From: Methanobacteriota archaeon
GTDB taxonomy: Archaea; Methanobacteriota; Methanobacteria; Methanobacteriales; Methanobacteriaceae
Assembly: GCA_963787255.1 (NCBI GenBank)
Contig: CAWBCJ010000025.1
Coordinates: 224,001 to 288,000, forward strand
Reading direction: 5' to 3'
Length of the DNA stretch: 64,000 bases
Every line of letters starts with the position of its first letter. The first letter of the stretch is position 1. Under the pieces are notes generated by a model. It did not search any database. It was not told the DNA's origin and saw only the letters and a list, made by a program, of their open reading frames with translations. Of this stretch, positions 33,065-43,743 are shown piece by piece. The position numbers were made by a program, and so were the translations under genes.

Positions 33065-33505
33065 ATGGACTTGAAACCAGGATGGGAAAAAAAAGCTTTG
33101 ATAATACTTGCTATAATAACGATAATTGTAGTAGTTTATGCTTATGGACCATTTAAAGGTGATACTAAATCTCAAATCTTAAATAACACTTCTGAAGTAC
33201 CTGCACCTGCCCCAACTTCTCCTGTTGTGGCCTCTAATAACTCCACATCATCCAATAACATTACCAATGTCAATGTAACAGGTGGTAATAATGGAACTTA
33301 TCAGATTACAGCAGATCAAGCCAAGAAAATAGCTGTTCAACCTGGATTTACTGCAGGAGAACCTACAAAAGGTAGTGTAATGATTAGTAATAATAATATT
33401 TCTGTTTGGATTGTTCCTCTTATGAAAGGTACGGTTATATCTAAAAGAATATATGTTGATGCTGTAACTGGAGTTATTGTTGGAAGTGAAGAAGTAAAAA
33501 ATTAA
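33065..33505 (+). CDS. Membrane-anchored PepSY-like domain protein
   Basis: N-terminal TM, a Pro/Ser/Asn linker, then ITADQAKKIA...VWIV...IYVDAVTGVIV (PepSY pattern). Confidence 0.65.
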   Translation: MDLKPGWEKKALIILAIITIIVVVYAYGPFKGDTKSQILNNTSEVPAPAPTSPVVASNNSTSSNNITNVNVTGGNNGTYQITADQAKKIAVQPGFTAGEPTKGSVMISNNNISVWIVPLMKGTVISKRIYVDAVTGVIVGSEEVKN

Positions 33506-33543
33506 CATAAAAGACATTGTATACTCAAATCAGGGATAAGATC

Positions 33544-34344
33544 ATGGAAACAATTGCAGTAATAATAATGGTAATTTTATTTATAGTTTTGATGGTGTTT
33601 GTTTTTTCAGCAGCGCTACTTACTCCTATAATAGGTAAAAAAAATCTTTTATTTGTGGTAGCTATAGGTTTTATTGTTGGTATTATTGGAGGTGCCTTTT
33701 TTATAGCTCCAATAATGGATGATATACCTGGAATAGCTTCTTCTTTTTATCTTTCCACATCTAGTGACGTGGAAACTTTGAATGTTGATGTTTCAACTAA
33801 TCTGGATATTAATCAATTTGTAAATAGTGCTAAAGAAATTGATGGGGTTAAAAGTGTTGGAGTAACGGGGATAATCTTAAAAACCACTCCATTATCGGAT
33901 AAATGGAAGTCAATACTTCCAAACAGGATACCTGCTTCCAATAAAGGAATTAAATCAGCCCAGCTATTATCTAATGACACTATAAATATTCAAATTCAGG
34001 ATCAGGCTAATCCTCAAGAAGTAATTACAAAATTGGAAGATTGGTTGATGCTTGTAGGTGCAATAGACGTTAAATACAGTTTAGCTCATGTATCTGTTCA
34101 GGCTGAATCTAGTAATGTTTATGATGTTTCAAATCAGATATCAAAGGATGCAGTTGTTACGGGGATTCAGGGGCCAACACAAGATAAAATTAACTATGTA
34201 AAATCGGTTATTCCCGATAAGTTCAATGTAATAATATTATGTGGTTTCATGGGGATGTTAATTGGTCTTGCAGGTTTATTTATTGATACACTTTTGGGTC
34301 TTTTCGGTGACTTCAAGGAAAGAGTGAAAAAGAAGGAACATTAA
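33544..34344 (+). CDS. Conserved hypothetical membrane protein (3 TM with extracellular domain)
   Basis: Long ORF with AGGGAT RBS before ATG 33544. Two N-terminal and one C-terminal TM segments. Confidence 0.7.
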   Translation: METIAVIIMVILFIVLMVFVFSAALLTPIIGKKNLLFVVAIGFIVGIIGGAFFIAPIMDDIPGIASSFYLSTSSDVETLNVDVSTNLDINQFVNSAKEIDGVKSVGVTGIILKTTPLSDKWKSILPNRIPASNKGIKSAQLLSNDTINIQIQDQANPQEVITKLEDWLMLVGAIDVKYSLAHVSVQAESSNVYDVSNQISKDAVVTGIQGPTQDKINYVKSVIPDKFNVIILCGFMGMLIGLAGLFIDTLLGLFGDFKERVKKKEH

Positions 34345-34359
34345 AAGCGGTGGGCATAT

Positions 34360-35043
34360 ATGAATGTAGCAGTTCTTTTTTCAGGTGGTAAAGATAGTAC
34401 AATGGCATTTTATAGAGCTGTTGAAGATGGGCATCAGGTTAAATATTTTGTATCTTTAATATCAGATAATCCTGCCTCTTATATGTTTCATGTGGCTAAT
34501 ATTCACATAACCGAGCTTTCGGCTGAAGCAATGGGTATTCCTCTTTTAAAAAAGGTTACTAAAGGTATAAAAGAAGAAGAATTAGAGGATTTGGTGCTTG
34601 TTTTAAAGGATTTGAAAGATAAGGGTGTTGAAGGGATTTATTCTGGTGCTTTACATTCTGTTTATCAAAAATCAAGAATTGACAATATTTGTAAGGAATT
34701 AGGACTTGAATCAGTTGCACCGCTGTGGCATAGGGATCCAGAGGAATACATGAGGGAAATAATTGAGCTGGGATTTGATGTTATTATTACGAGTGTTTCA
34801 GCTGAAGGGCTTGATGAGTCATGGTTAGGTAAAAAAATTGATTTATCCGTTCTTGATGAAATCATAGATTTAAATAAAAAATATGGGATGCATATGGCAT
34901 TTGAAGGTGGCGAGGCAGAAACTCTTGTTTTAGATGGTCCTGTTTTTAATAAAAGGATTAAAATTGTTGATTCTGAAGTGATTTGGGAAAGGGATAGTGG
35001 TTATTTTTTAATAAAAGAAGCGATTCTTGAGGATAAAAGCTAG
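34360..35043 (+). CDS. Diphthine-ammonia ligase family PP-loop ATPase (Dph6)
   Basis: LFSGGKDS, SYMFH, YQKSRI, APLW and EGGEAETLVLDGP. Confidence 0.88.
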   Translation: MNVAVLFSGGKDSTMAFYRAVEDGHQVKYFVSLISDNPASYMFHVANIHITELSAEAMGIPLLKKVTKGIKEEELEDLVLVLKDLKDKGVEGIYSGALHSVYQKSRIDNICKELGLESVAPLWHRDPEEYMREIIELGFDVIITSVSAEGLDESWLGKKIDLSVLDEIIDLNKKYGMHMAFEGGEAETLVLDGPVFNKRIKIVDSEVIWERDSGYFLIKEAILEDKS

Positions 35044-35099
35044 TTAAATTATTCTCTTTTTTAAAATCATGTTTATTTTCATTTGGAATTTTATTTTGA

Positions 35100-35480
35100 T
35101 TATTTTATTTCTGGTGCTATCCAGTCTATGAATTTTTGAGTGTCCTCAGTTTTTATTTCAACTTCAATTTCTCCTAGTGCACATAGACTATCATCTACTA
35201 AATTTAGGGTTCCTGCAAAAGCAGCCTGTTTACTTAAATTAAAGTTAATTTTATTTATACTTGATCGCTTCAGCATTATTTTCCGTGCAGCTCCTCTAAT
35301 TTTCCTTTCTTTTAATTCGTCGCGTAAATTTTTAATTGTTTCAATATCTCCTGACGCGCAGATGTAATCGTCTCCCACTTCAAGTTCATCATATTCAATA
35401 ACATTTGCAATAGCTTTAATAACTTTATCAATATCTTCTGTTGGATTTATGTCTGCTTTAGCGTATATCTTGCAATTCAT
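35100..35480 (-). CDS. DUF54/UPF0201 putative RNA-binding protein
   Basis: INPTEDIDKVIKAI...IRGAARKI...LSKQAAFAG...IDWIAP. Confidence 0.8.
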   Translation of the reverse strand: MNCKIYAKADINPTEDIDKVIKAIANVIEYDELEVGDDYICASGDIETIKNLRDELKERKIRGAARKIMLKRSSINKINFNLSKQAAFAGTLNLVDDSLCALGEIEVEIKTEDTQKFIDWIAPEIK

Positions 35481-35497
35481 GGATATATACTCCTTAT

Positions 35498-36088
35498 TCA
35501 TGTTTTTTTAACAACATTTTTATCCTTTTTTGCATTCTTATTCATTTCTTTTTTTAATATGCTTCTTATGGAGTTTTTAAATTTCCATATGGGTCCTTCA
35601 TTAACTATCATATAGTCTGAAGTAGCAATAACATTACCTATACCAAAATTAAGCTCTCTTTCATCTCTATTTATAAAATCAGATACACTAGTAAAATCAT
35701 CTGATCTTTTACGCCTTTTTAATCTCATAAAACGTGTTTTTGGGCTACTATGGATGGCTATAACTTTAAATTGTCCAAAATGTTTTTTAAATATTTCTAC
35801 TTCTGCTGGACTTCTTATACCTTCAATTATGTATTTTATATCGTTTTTGTTTTTTGAAGAGTTATATGGCGTCTCTTTAATTATTTCAACACATCTCTGG
35901 GCTACTACATATTTTCCGTATTCCTTACGGAGTTTAATTGCGGTTTCTCCTATATCATCATTTCTTTTTAAAGCTTCGTCCCTTATTACGTCTCCCATTC
36001 GAATTACATTAATTCCAAGATTATTTGCAACTCTTGCCACTACACTTTTACCTGATCCAGGCAGACCTGTCACTCCCATTACATGCAT
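35498..36088 (-). CDS. P-loop nucleotide kinase (UPF0200, dephospho-CoA/NMP-kinase-like)
   Basis: GLPGSGKS Walker A, MGDVIR, EGIRSPAEV and RDERELNFGIG. Confidence 0.85.
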   Translation of the reverse strand: MHVMGVTGLPGSGKSVVARVANNLGINVIRMGDVIRDEALKRNDDIGETAIKLRKEYGKYVVAQRCVEIIKETPYNSSKNKNDIKYIIEGIRSPAEVEIFKKHFGQFKVIAIHSSPKTRFMRLKRRKRSDDFTSVSDFINRDERELNFGIGNVIATSDYMIVNEGPIWKFKNSIRSILKKEMNKNAKKDKNVVKKT

Positions 36089-36213
36089 GATTTCACTTCT
36101 TTAAAAAAATTTGTGTATTATTTCCTTTTTTTAGTTATTGTAAAGATTTTAATTATTTAAAACATTCAAAATCTCTGATTTTGATGTCACAAAATTAAAA
36201 ATTTTGTAGACTG

Positions 36214-36960
36214 TTAAATTCTATTAATAGAATTTAAAATCACCTTTAAAGAATCTTTAAGATTACGGGTGTTATTAAAATTATCAACTATTTTTTTAAG
36301 TTCTTCTTCATTCTTATTTTTAAGCTTAAGTACATTTTTTATAAGACATGGTATTGATCTTGTGATATTGTCTACTATTGTAATGGAAGCAGTTTTAGAA
36401 GTTCTTGATAATGGATTAAGATCTACAGCTATAACTAATTTTCCTGATTTAACCAGTGCTTCTGTTCTATCACCGTCTTCAAGTGGAACAAGAATCACGT
36501 CGGCTTTATAAATTCCTTCAGGGCTTACATCTCCCCGGGGATGATTTACACCTTCTATATGTTTTAAATGGTTAATTTCGGTACCTAAAACATCGTCTGC
36601 GCCTGCTTCATTTAATACATTTAAAATGGCACTAATTCTTTCTTCTGTTTTGTAAAAAAGGTTAATTTCTATTTTTGCATCTAAAATACTGGCTAGTTCA
36701 ACAATTTCAGGAGTTACAAGTGCAGTTGTATTTCCATTTACCGATATGACTGGATTTTTAGCAAGTAATAGGGCTGCAGCAGCACTTTCACAAGCTTTTC
36801 TTGCAGTTTCAGTAGTTTTTTCTCCTATTAAATAGTCAAATGCTTCTCCCCTTCCATGAGCAATCATCCCCGCATCTGCTAAAATACCTGATTTATAAGC
36901 ATTTACAATCATTTCCCTTGAAAGAAGAGATTTATATCGTGGATGGTCTTCTGGTATCAT
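36214..36960 (-). CDS. 4-phosphopantoate-beta-alanine ligase (phosphopantothenate synthetase)
   Basis: IPEDHPRYKSL, AHGRGEAFDYLIGE, SVNGN, VPLEDGDR and DLNPLSRT signature motifs. Confidence 0.92.
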   Translation of the reverse strand: MIPEDHPRYKSLLSREMIVNAYKSGILADAGMIAHGRGEAFDYLIGEKTTETARKACESAAAALLLAKNPVISVNGNTTALVTPEIVELASILDAKIEINLFYKTEERISAILNVLNEAGADDVLGTEINHLKHIEGVNHPRGDVSPEGIYKADVILVPLEDGDRTEALVKSGKLVIAVDLNPLSRTSKTASITIVDNITRSIPCLIKNVLKLKNKNEEELKKIVDNFNNTRNLKDSLKVILNSINRI

Positions 36961-37196
36961 ATTAATTCACTTTTTTTAACTTAGATAATGTTTTTAGTTG
37001 AAATGACCTTATTATTTTATCTTTTTTATAATATAATGCCGTTTTTACTTTAAAACACTTGAAAAATTTAGATTATCACTTTAGAATAAAATATATTATT
37101 TAATTTTAATATAACAATTAATATAGATATTGTGTTGAAACGTGACTATTAGATATTTTAATCTAAAAGAATATATAATACTTGATGGGGATTAAC

Positions 37197-37442
37197 ATGA
37201 AGAATACAATAGAAATAAAAAAAGATGATTATGAAACAGAAAAAAGAACCGAAAAGCAGCAAAAAAGAAGGAATATTAATAAATATGGCATTTATATCAG
37301 TATAATTTTTATCGCTGCGGGATTAATTTGGTATGCCATAAATTTAGGTCTTATTCCCACAGAATTCCTAGTGCAACAGGCAGGACCTATATTAATTGTA
37401 ATACTGGGAATATTAATTTTAATTAAGTCAGTGATTAAGTGA
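37197..37442 (+). CDS. Small 2-TM hypothetical membrane protein
   Basis: GGGG RBS with ATG 37197. Charged N-terminus followed by two TM helices. Confidence 0.65.
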   Translation: MKNTIEIKKDDYETEKRTEKQQKRRNINKYGIYISIIFIAAGLIWYAINLGLIPTEFLVQQAGPILIVILGILILIKSVIK

Positions 37443-37522
37443 AGTGGTTTTACTCTTGTTTCATCATATCTTATAAATTAATAGGAATACTTAATTGAAT
37501 TAATCACTTAAAGAGGTATTAT

Positions 37523-38551
37523 ATGAGTAATTTGCTAGAAAAACTATCTAATGCTCCAGGAGTATCTGGTTTTGAAGAAGAAATCCGTAAAATAATTAAA
37601 AATGAATTAAAAGACCATGTAGATGAAATTGAAATTGACGCTATGGGTAATCTTATTGCAGTAAAGAAAGGTAAGGAAAACGGTAAAAAGATTATGCTTG
37701 CAGCCCACATGGACGAAATTGGGCTTATGGTAAGATTTATTGATAAAGAAGGATTCGTTAAGTTTTCTAAAATAGGCGGTATTAACGATCAGATGCTTTT
37801 AAACCAGGAAGTTATTATTCATTCAGATAAAGAAAAAATTTTAGGAGTTATAGGCGCTAAACCTCCACACAAGATGAAACCTGAGGAAAAAAAGAAGGTA
37901 GTAGAATACGAAAACATGTTTATTGACATAGGTGCTTCCAGCAAGGAAGAAGCGGAAGAATTAATTGGTATTGGAGATCCTATAACTATTAAACATGAAT
38001 TTTCAAAACTTAGGACAAATTTGGTAACAGGAAAGGCATTTGACAACAGAGTGGGGTGTTATGTCCTTATTGAAGCAATGAAGCGCGCAAAAACTAATGC
38101 AACTATCTACGGTGTAGGGACAGTTCAAGAAGAGGTAGGGCTTAAAGGGGCAAAAACATCAGCTTTCAAGATAAATCCTGACATTGCAATTGCATTGGAC
38201 GTTACTATTTCTGGTGATCATCCGGGAATAAAAGTTGAGGATGCTCCTGCAAAAATAAACAAAGGTCCGGCTATTATTTTAGCTGATGCAAGTGGAAGAG
38301 GAATAATTACGCATCCAATGGTTAAAAAACTTCTAATTGAGGCTGCCAGTGAGAAAGAAATCCCTTATCAGCTTGAAGTAAGTGAAGGTGGCACAACTGA
38401 TGCTACTGCTATCCATTTAACCAGAGAAGGTATTCCTACAGGTGTTTTATCTGTTCCAACAAGGTATATTCACACACCAGTTGAAGTTGTAAGCCTTAAA
38501 GATATCGAAAACACTATAAATCTTCTTGTAGCGGCAATTGAAAAGGTTTAA
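37523..38551 (+). CDS. M42-family metallo-aminopeptidase (TET/FrvX)
   Basis: [30 protein letters not shown] and RYIH metal ligands. Confidence 0.93.
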   Translation: MSNLLEKLSNAPGVSGFEEEIRKIIKNELKDHVDEIEIDAMGNLIAVKKGKENGKKIMLAAHMDEIGLMVRFIDKEGFVKFSKIGGINDQMLLNQEVIIHSDKEKILGVIGAKPPHKMKPEEKKKVVEYENMFIDIGASSKEEAEELIGIGDPITIKHEFSKLRTNLVTGKAFDNRVGCYVLIEAMKRAKTNATIYGVGTVQEEVGLKGAKTSAFKINPDIAIALDVTISGDHPGIKVEDAPAKINKGPAIILADASGRGIITHPMVKKLLIEAASEKEIPYQLEVSEGGTTDATAIHLTREGIPTGVLSVPTRYIHTPVEVVSLKDIENTINLLVAAIEKV

Positions 38552-38564
38552 TAGTTAAAGTGAC

Positions 38565-38640
38565 TTTTTAATCTAAAAAATAATAATTAATGGTTGAATT
38601 TATAGGATTCGCCATTTTTATTTTCATTTTAGATTAAAAA
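38565..38640. repeat. Long imperfect inverted repeat between convergent genes
   Basis: Perfect 14-bp arms TTTTTAATCTAAAA (38565-38578) and TTTTAGATTAAAAA (38627-38640), with an inner stem AATGG..GAAT / ATTC.CCATT. Confidence 0.6.
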
Positions 38641-38707
38641 TCCTTCACTAAATTGTTATCCTATTTTATTCATTCTTTTTACTTAGAATAGGGTTTAAAA
38701 AATAATA

Positions 38708-39424
38708 TTATATTATCTTGTCTTCTTCTGCTCTGGAAACTATTTCTAGTCCATTAGAATTAATTTCGTATGTCATGAATTGTGTAGGTGTCCGGGTACT
38801 TCTCATCTTTACTATATCCATTACTCTTTCTCTTCTACCAGTATATGGATTTTCACGTTTTATGAGCTTTATAGCACCGTAAACTGAAAATAATGCAAGT
38901 TCATTGAATTCATTTGAGGTAGCACTGTCTAATATTACCAGTGCAGTAATGTTTCTCTTTTTTAATTCAAATACCAGGTAATCAAAACGATCTCTAAATT
39001 CGTAGGGAGTTAATTTAGCAGTATAACTTCCTAAGTTATCGATTATAACCACTTTTACGTCATCAGAAATGTGTTCCAGTATTTTTGCAAAGCTCCCCTT
39101 CATCGTATCAATATCTATGCTTATTTCGGCTTTTGTAACCCTTGCTCTAATTCCAGCAAGTTCAATAAATGTTAATAAGTCATTTTCTTGATAATATTCT
39201 AGATTCCAGTTAAAGGAGTCTCCTTGCATATTAAGATCATATGCATCTTCTTCAGTGGTTATGTATGCAGTTTTAAGACCTTGATCACAACTATTTTTTG
39301 CAAAGTGTAGCCCGAATATGGTTTTACCGGAACCGGCATCGCCAGTTATAAGCATGGTTCTTCCCGCTGGAAATCCGCCTGTAATTTCATCAAATATAGA
39401 TATCCCAGTTTTTATTCTTTCCAT
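38708..39424 (-). CDS. KaiC/RAD55-family single-domain ATPase
   Basis: [12 protein letters not shown], Walker [13 protein letters not shown], Walker B VVIID and VKMRST. Confidence 0.9.
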   Translation of the reverse strand: MERIKTGISIFDEITGGFPAGRTMLITGDAGSGKTIFGLHFAKNSCDQGLKTAYITTEEDAYDLNMQGDSFNWNLEYYQENDLLTFIELAGIRARVTKAEISIDIDTMKGSFAKILEHISDDVKVVIIDNLGSYTAKLTPYEFRDRFDYLVFELKKRNITALVILDSATSNEFNELALFSVYGAIKLIKRENPYTGRRERVMDIVKMRSTRTPTQFMTYEINSNGLEIVSRAEEDKII

Positions 39425-39474
39425 ATTTTTACATCTCCTTTAAATTATGATTATAGTAACGTAACAATTAATAT

Positions 39475-40740
39475 TTAAATAGGATCTCTAGATAAAATAA
39501 ATTGAAATATGCATCCTTTATTCCCTTCAGCCATGCAAGACACCTGTTCTACATGACCTCTAATGGATGTCCATGTAAAACTGCGTATGACGATTATTCT
39601 GCAAATAAGGCAGAACATGGGGCTGTAACGCGCTTCCTTTTCCCAAGGACAATTTGAAAATATAATAGTATTTTTTTGTCTGGACAATTCTTCAACTTCA
39701 ATACCTAAATTTGATAAAAATCCTTCTATCCAATCCATATAACAGTTAAAAATATTTTCGTTGTTTTTAGATTCTTTGAGTAATAGGCATTTAGAAACAC
39801 TTTCGTCAAATCCGGGCTTCATGTTCTTTTCGAAGCGGTCAGCAAAGCTTTTTGCTATAATATTTCTGATTTGTGGAGGAATATTAGATGCAAAAACGGG
39901 CATTGCACTTAAAAGAAACCCAAAAAGTTCACTTCTAGCTTTTTCCTTTAATAATTGCTCTCTTTCTTTTTCAGCTCTTCTACGTTGGCTAACATCCTGA
40001 AAAACTAGTACTATACCCGTTTTTATATTTTTATCGTCTGTTATTGGGGCGTTTGTATTATTAATGGGTATTTTAGTACCATATCTTGTTATTAGTAATA
40101 TGTTATCATTTATATTGGTTATAGAACTTTTCTGAAGAATATTATCTATTGATAAATTTATTTGTTCTCCTGTTTCTTCATTTTCGATTCTGAAGATGTT
40201 TTCAAGGGAGTTTCCAATTGCTTCATCCTGTTCCCACCCGGTTATTTTTTGGGCCATTGGATTCATAAAAGTGATGTATCCTTTTTCATCTGTTGTTATA
40301 ACTGCTTCTCCTATACTTTCAAGCGTTGTAGAAAGCCATTTTTCACTTGCTCTAAGTTTAGTTTCAATTTCGTGTTTATAACGTGCTACTTCGATTGCGC
40401 TATGTAATTCACGGTCTTCAAAAGGTTTAATGATATAACCAAAGGGGCCGGTTATTTTGGCTCTTTTTAAGGTTTTTTCATCAGAATAAGCAGTTAAATA
40501 TAATACGGGGATATTATAATTGTCTTTAATTATTTGAGCTGCCTCAATACCGTCCATTTCTCCCCTAAGCACAATGTCCATTAATATTAAATCGGGTAGT
40601 GTTTCCGAAACTTTTTCTACAGCTTCTTCTCCTGAAGATGCTACTGCAGGTACCACATAATCCATGCTTTCTAGCCGATGTTTGATATCCATGGCCACAA
40701 TGCTTTCATCTTCAACTACAAGAATTTTAACAGACGACAT
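39475..40740 (-). CDS. Response regulator REC-PAS with a Cys-rich V4R-like/methanogen output domain
   Basis: ILVVEDE...DLILMDI...KPF receiver and a PAS domain ([15 protein letters not shown]). C-terminal NCPW...FCLIC...[11 protein letters not shown]. Confidence 0.85.
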   Translation of the reverse strand: MSSVKILVVEDESIVAMDIKHRLESMDYVVPAVASSGEEAVEKVSETLPDLILMDIVLRGEMDGIEAAQIIKDNYNIPVLYLTAYSDEKTLKRAKITGPFGYIIKPFEDRELHSAIEVARYKHEIETKLRASEKWLSTTLESIGEAVITTDEKGYITFMNPMAQKITGWEQDEAIGNSLENIFRIENEETGEQINLSIDNILQKSSITNINDNILLITRYGTKIPINNTNAPITDDKNIKTGIVLVFQDVSQRRRAEKEREQLLKEKARSELFGFLLSAMPVFASNIPPQIRNIIAKSFADRFEKNMKPGFDESVSKCLLLKESKNNENIFNCYMDWIEGFLSNLGIEVEELSRQKNTIIFSNCPWEKEARYSPMFCLICRIIVIRSFTWTSIRGHVEQVSCMAEGNKGCIFQFILSRDPI

Positions 40741-40826
40741 ACTAATCTTACATTAATATTTAACATATATTAATATTACCCTTTTAATTTCATTTTTAGA
40801 ATATTATATCAATTAAAAAATCAATT

Positions 40827-42605
40827 TCATTGCATGACACTTTTTCCATGCAGATGTTTGTAAATAATATCTGCTAAATTTCTGTTAATACCTTTAACAC
40901 ATGCAATTTCGTTAATATCTGCATTTTTAATGCCTTCTATGTCTCCAAAATGCTTTAAAAGATTAATTTTTCGTTTCTCCCCTACCCCTTTAACTTCATC
41001 TAATATAGAATGCTTCAATTGAAGAGATCTAAGTTTTTTGTGGTATGTAATAGCAAAACGATGTGCTTCATCCCTTATTCTTTGTAAAAGATGTAATGCT
41101 TCTGAATTACGTGGTAAAATGATTGGACTTGAAATTCCGGGAACAAATATGTGTTCAAATTCTTTAGCAAGTCCAATTATTGGTATATCATCAAGACACA
41201 TTGATTTTAATACTTCCAAAGCCGCGTTAAGTTGTCCTTTACCTCCATCTACAAGAATTAAGTCTGGTTTTTGATCATTTTCCTCTGGAGAGATTTTACT
41301 GTATCTCCTTCTAATAATGTCTCTCATCATTGCATAATCGTCAGGCCCATCAATTTGAATTTTATACTTTCTGTACTTGCTTTTTTTAGGCATTGCATCC
41401 ACGAAAACAACCATCGATCCTACAGAGAGCGTACCGCTTATATTGGAAATATCAAATGCTTCAATATTTCTTGGAATTTTAGGCAAATTAAGATATTTTT
41501 TAAGGTCAAACATTGCACCTCTTACTTCTCTTTCCTGATTTTTAATAATTTCCGCATTTTTTGCCACCATTTGAACCAGTCGAGATTCAGTACCACTTTT
41601 TGGAGTTCTAAGAATAACATCATGTCCTCTTTTTTCAGAAAGCCATTCATTTATTAAATCAAGCTCATCTGGGCGGTATTGTATTATAATTTCAGAAGGT
41701 ATGTGTCGAGGTGTCATATAAAATTGTTTAAGGAATGCTGAAAGTATTTTATCTGGAAGAGTACCTTCTGCACCGCTCATTAGGAAATCATCCTTTCCAA
41801 TGATCTTTCCATCCCTGATTGAAAAAACAACAACACAAGCTACTTTTTCATCATAAGCACAAGCTATTACATCCTGTTCGAGACCTCTATCAAATTCTAT
41901 TTTCTGCTTTTCAAGAATACCGTCCACTGATTGGATCTGATCCCTTAAAACAGCAGCTTTTTCAAATTCATTGTTTTTTGCAGCATCTACCATTAATTCA
42001 TTAAGCATTTCAATTATTTTATTGTATTTACCCTCAAAAAACAAGTTAATTTTCTCTATAATTTCGTTATAGGATTTCTTTGTAATTTTACCGCTACATG
42101 GAGCATTACATAGGTGAATTTGATAGTTAAGGCAAGGTCCATCCATCTTTCGACATGTTCTTATTTTAAAGAGCGCTTTTAATGATTTGACCATTCTTCT
42201 AACAGATCCAGTATCAGTGAAAGGCCCGTAATAATATGCACCGTCGTCTCTAACGTTTCTTGTAATTAAAACCCGGGGATAGTTTTCGTTGGTAATTTTT
42301 ATGTAGGGATACCTTTTATCGTCCTTTAATCGTATGTTATATCGTGGTTTATATTTTTTTATGAGATTAGACTCTAAAATAAGCGCTTCTTTTTCTGTAT
42401 CAGTTATAATGTACTCTAAATTATGAAAATGGCTCATTAACAATTTTGTTTTTAATGGCTGTTCTCTGGTACTGAAATACGATTTAACTCTTTTTATCAA
42501 TGATTTTGCTTTTCCAACATATAGAACATCGTCATCAATATTTCTCATTATGTATACGCCTGGTTTGTCTGGTAAGTTATCTGGTTTACTGCAACGATTT
42601 GGCAT
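40827..42605 (-). CDS. uvrC: Excinuclease ABC subunit C
   Basis: PGVY..YVGKAK GIY-YIG domain, IEAFDISN, DGGKGQ, RDEAHRFA and C-terminal HhH. Confidence 0.96.
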   Translation of the reverse strand: MPNRCSKPDNLPDKPGVYIMRNIDDDVLYVGKAKSLIKRVKSYFSTREQPLKTKLLMSHFHNLEYIITDTEKEALILESNLIKKYKPRYNIRLKDDKRYPYIKITNENYPRVLITRNVRDDGAYYYGPFTDTGSVRRMVKSLKALFKIRTCRKMDGPCLNYQIHLCNAPCSGKITKKSYNEIIEKINLFFEGKYNKIIEMLNELMVDAAKNNEFEKAAVLRDQIQSVDGILEKQKIEFDRGLEQDVIACAYDEKVACVVVFSIRDGKIIGKDDFLMSGAEGTLPDKILSAFLKQFYMTPRHIPSEIIIQYRPDELDLINEWLSEKRGHDVILRTPKSGTESRLVQMVAKNAEIIKNQEREVRGAMFDLKKYLNLPKIPRNIEAFDISNISGTLSVGSMVVFVDAMPKKSKYRKYKIQIDGPDDYAMMRDIIRRRYSKISPEENDQKPDLILVDGGKGQLNAALEVLKSMCLDDIPIIGLAKEFEHIFVPGISSPIILPRNSEALHLLQRIRDEAHRFAITYHKKLRSLQLKHSILDEVKGVGEKRKINLLKHFGDIEGIKNADINEIACVKGINRNLADIIYKHLHGKSVMQ

Positions 42606-42720
42606 TTTATCGCCTCTTGTAGTTTTATTGATTTGTTCTAGTTCATTTGAAGTCTGTTTTTCAAAAGTATGGACAAAATATAATAAAAAAAAGGAAAATG
42701 GTATAAAGTAAATAGAGGAG

Positions 42721-43524
42721 TTAATGAATATCTTTTGGAAGATTTAATTTATCTCTTATTTTAGGATTTGCTACTTCAGGCCTTTTTGTAGCAAATGAAT
42801 CCTCCAGATCTTCATGCATTTTTTCTGCAACTTGTAATGGTATTCCTATTGCCATATATTCTGGTGGAAGCCATGCATTTCCAGTAGGATCTACCGGACC
42901 TACAAAAGCTGTTTCTTTTGGGGCTTTTTCAGCCATTCCTGCAGGATATGTAACAAATGTAGCACATGCAGGGCCGAACGGCATATTAATAGCGTTAAAT
43001 GGATTTTTGGTCCTGAAATGAATAAGACTACTTAAATTACGTATTTGCTCTCCATTTCCAAAACATAATAGAGATTTCACGTCAATATCTTCATTAATAT
43101 CATTACATTTTTGGATTACAATATATTTTCCGGGTGTTTTTATTTTTCCAACGGATTCTAGAAATCCTTCCACAAGTTCAGGGCTTGCTTTTAAATATTC
43201 TGCTTCTCCACCCCTAAATTTTTCGTTTCCAGTTGAAACAAAGTATTTTATGAATTTTAGAGGTTCAGTAAATCCAAAATAGGTCATTGCTCCAGGACAG
43301 CACCCTTTAAGGGTATCTTTACCCATATACAATGGAGGCTCTTTATCATTTATTGCATTAATTAATATTGCCTTAGCTACGCATCTATCATTAGCACACA
43401 TTGGTACGGCATTAATAGGTACATTTTCTGAACTATACACAGCTAAAGGGCTTGTGTCTAGTTCTGCTGCCTTTTTAAGGCTTTTCCCGATTTTTTGTAT
43501 AGAAGTGTTTGAAATTATGATCAC
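42721..43524 (-). CDS. DUF169-family protein
   Basis: SPLAVY, GCCPGA, PFGPACA and GPVDPTG pattern. Start GTG 43524 or ATT 43515. Confidence 0.7.
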   Translation of the reverse strand: MIIISNTSIQKIGKSLKKAAELDTSPLAVYSSENVPINAVPMCANDRCVAKAILINAINDKEPPLYMGKDTLKGCCPGAMTYFGFTEPLKFIKYFVSTGNEKFRGGEAEYLKASPELVEGFLESVGKIKTPGKYIVIQKCNDINEDIDVKSLLCFGNGEQIRNLSSLIHFRTKNPFNAINMPFGPACATFVTYPAGMAEKAPKETAFVGPVDPTGNAWLPPEYMAIGIPLQVAEKMHEDLEDSFATKRPEVANPKIRDKLNLPKDIH

Positions 43525-43743
43525 CTTCTTCGTAATACCATCATTTATTTATAATACATTTACCAATATAAACTAAGTTATTTTCTTATGATGTAATTAT
43601 AATGTAAAGAATAATATGAATAATAGATTACTTTTCAAATGCTCTTACTCAAAACATATTAGTTATCAAGATAATTAAATTATTCAAGAGGTTTGAGATA
43701 ATAATCATTTTTAAAAGGCCTTTTTTAAAAAGAGGAAGGATAA

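Noticed and set aside
25061-33505. Archaellum (flagellar) locus
   Set aside because: No archaellin or arlCDEFGHIJ genes are present. The signal peptides and peptidase are of the EppA/pilin type.
38708-39424. KaiC as a circadian clock component
   Set aside because: It is a single-domain protein with no kaiA or kaiB nearby, so it belongs to the broad archaeal KaiC/RAD55 family.
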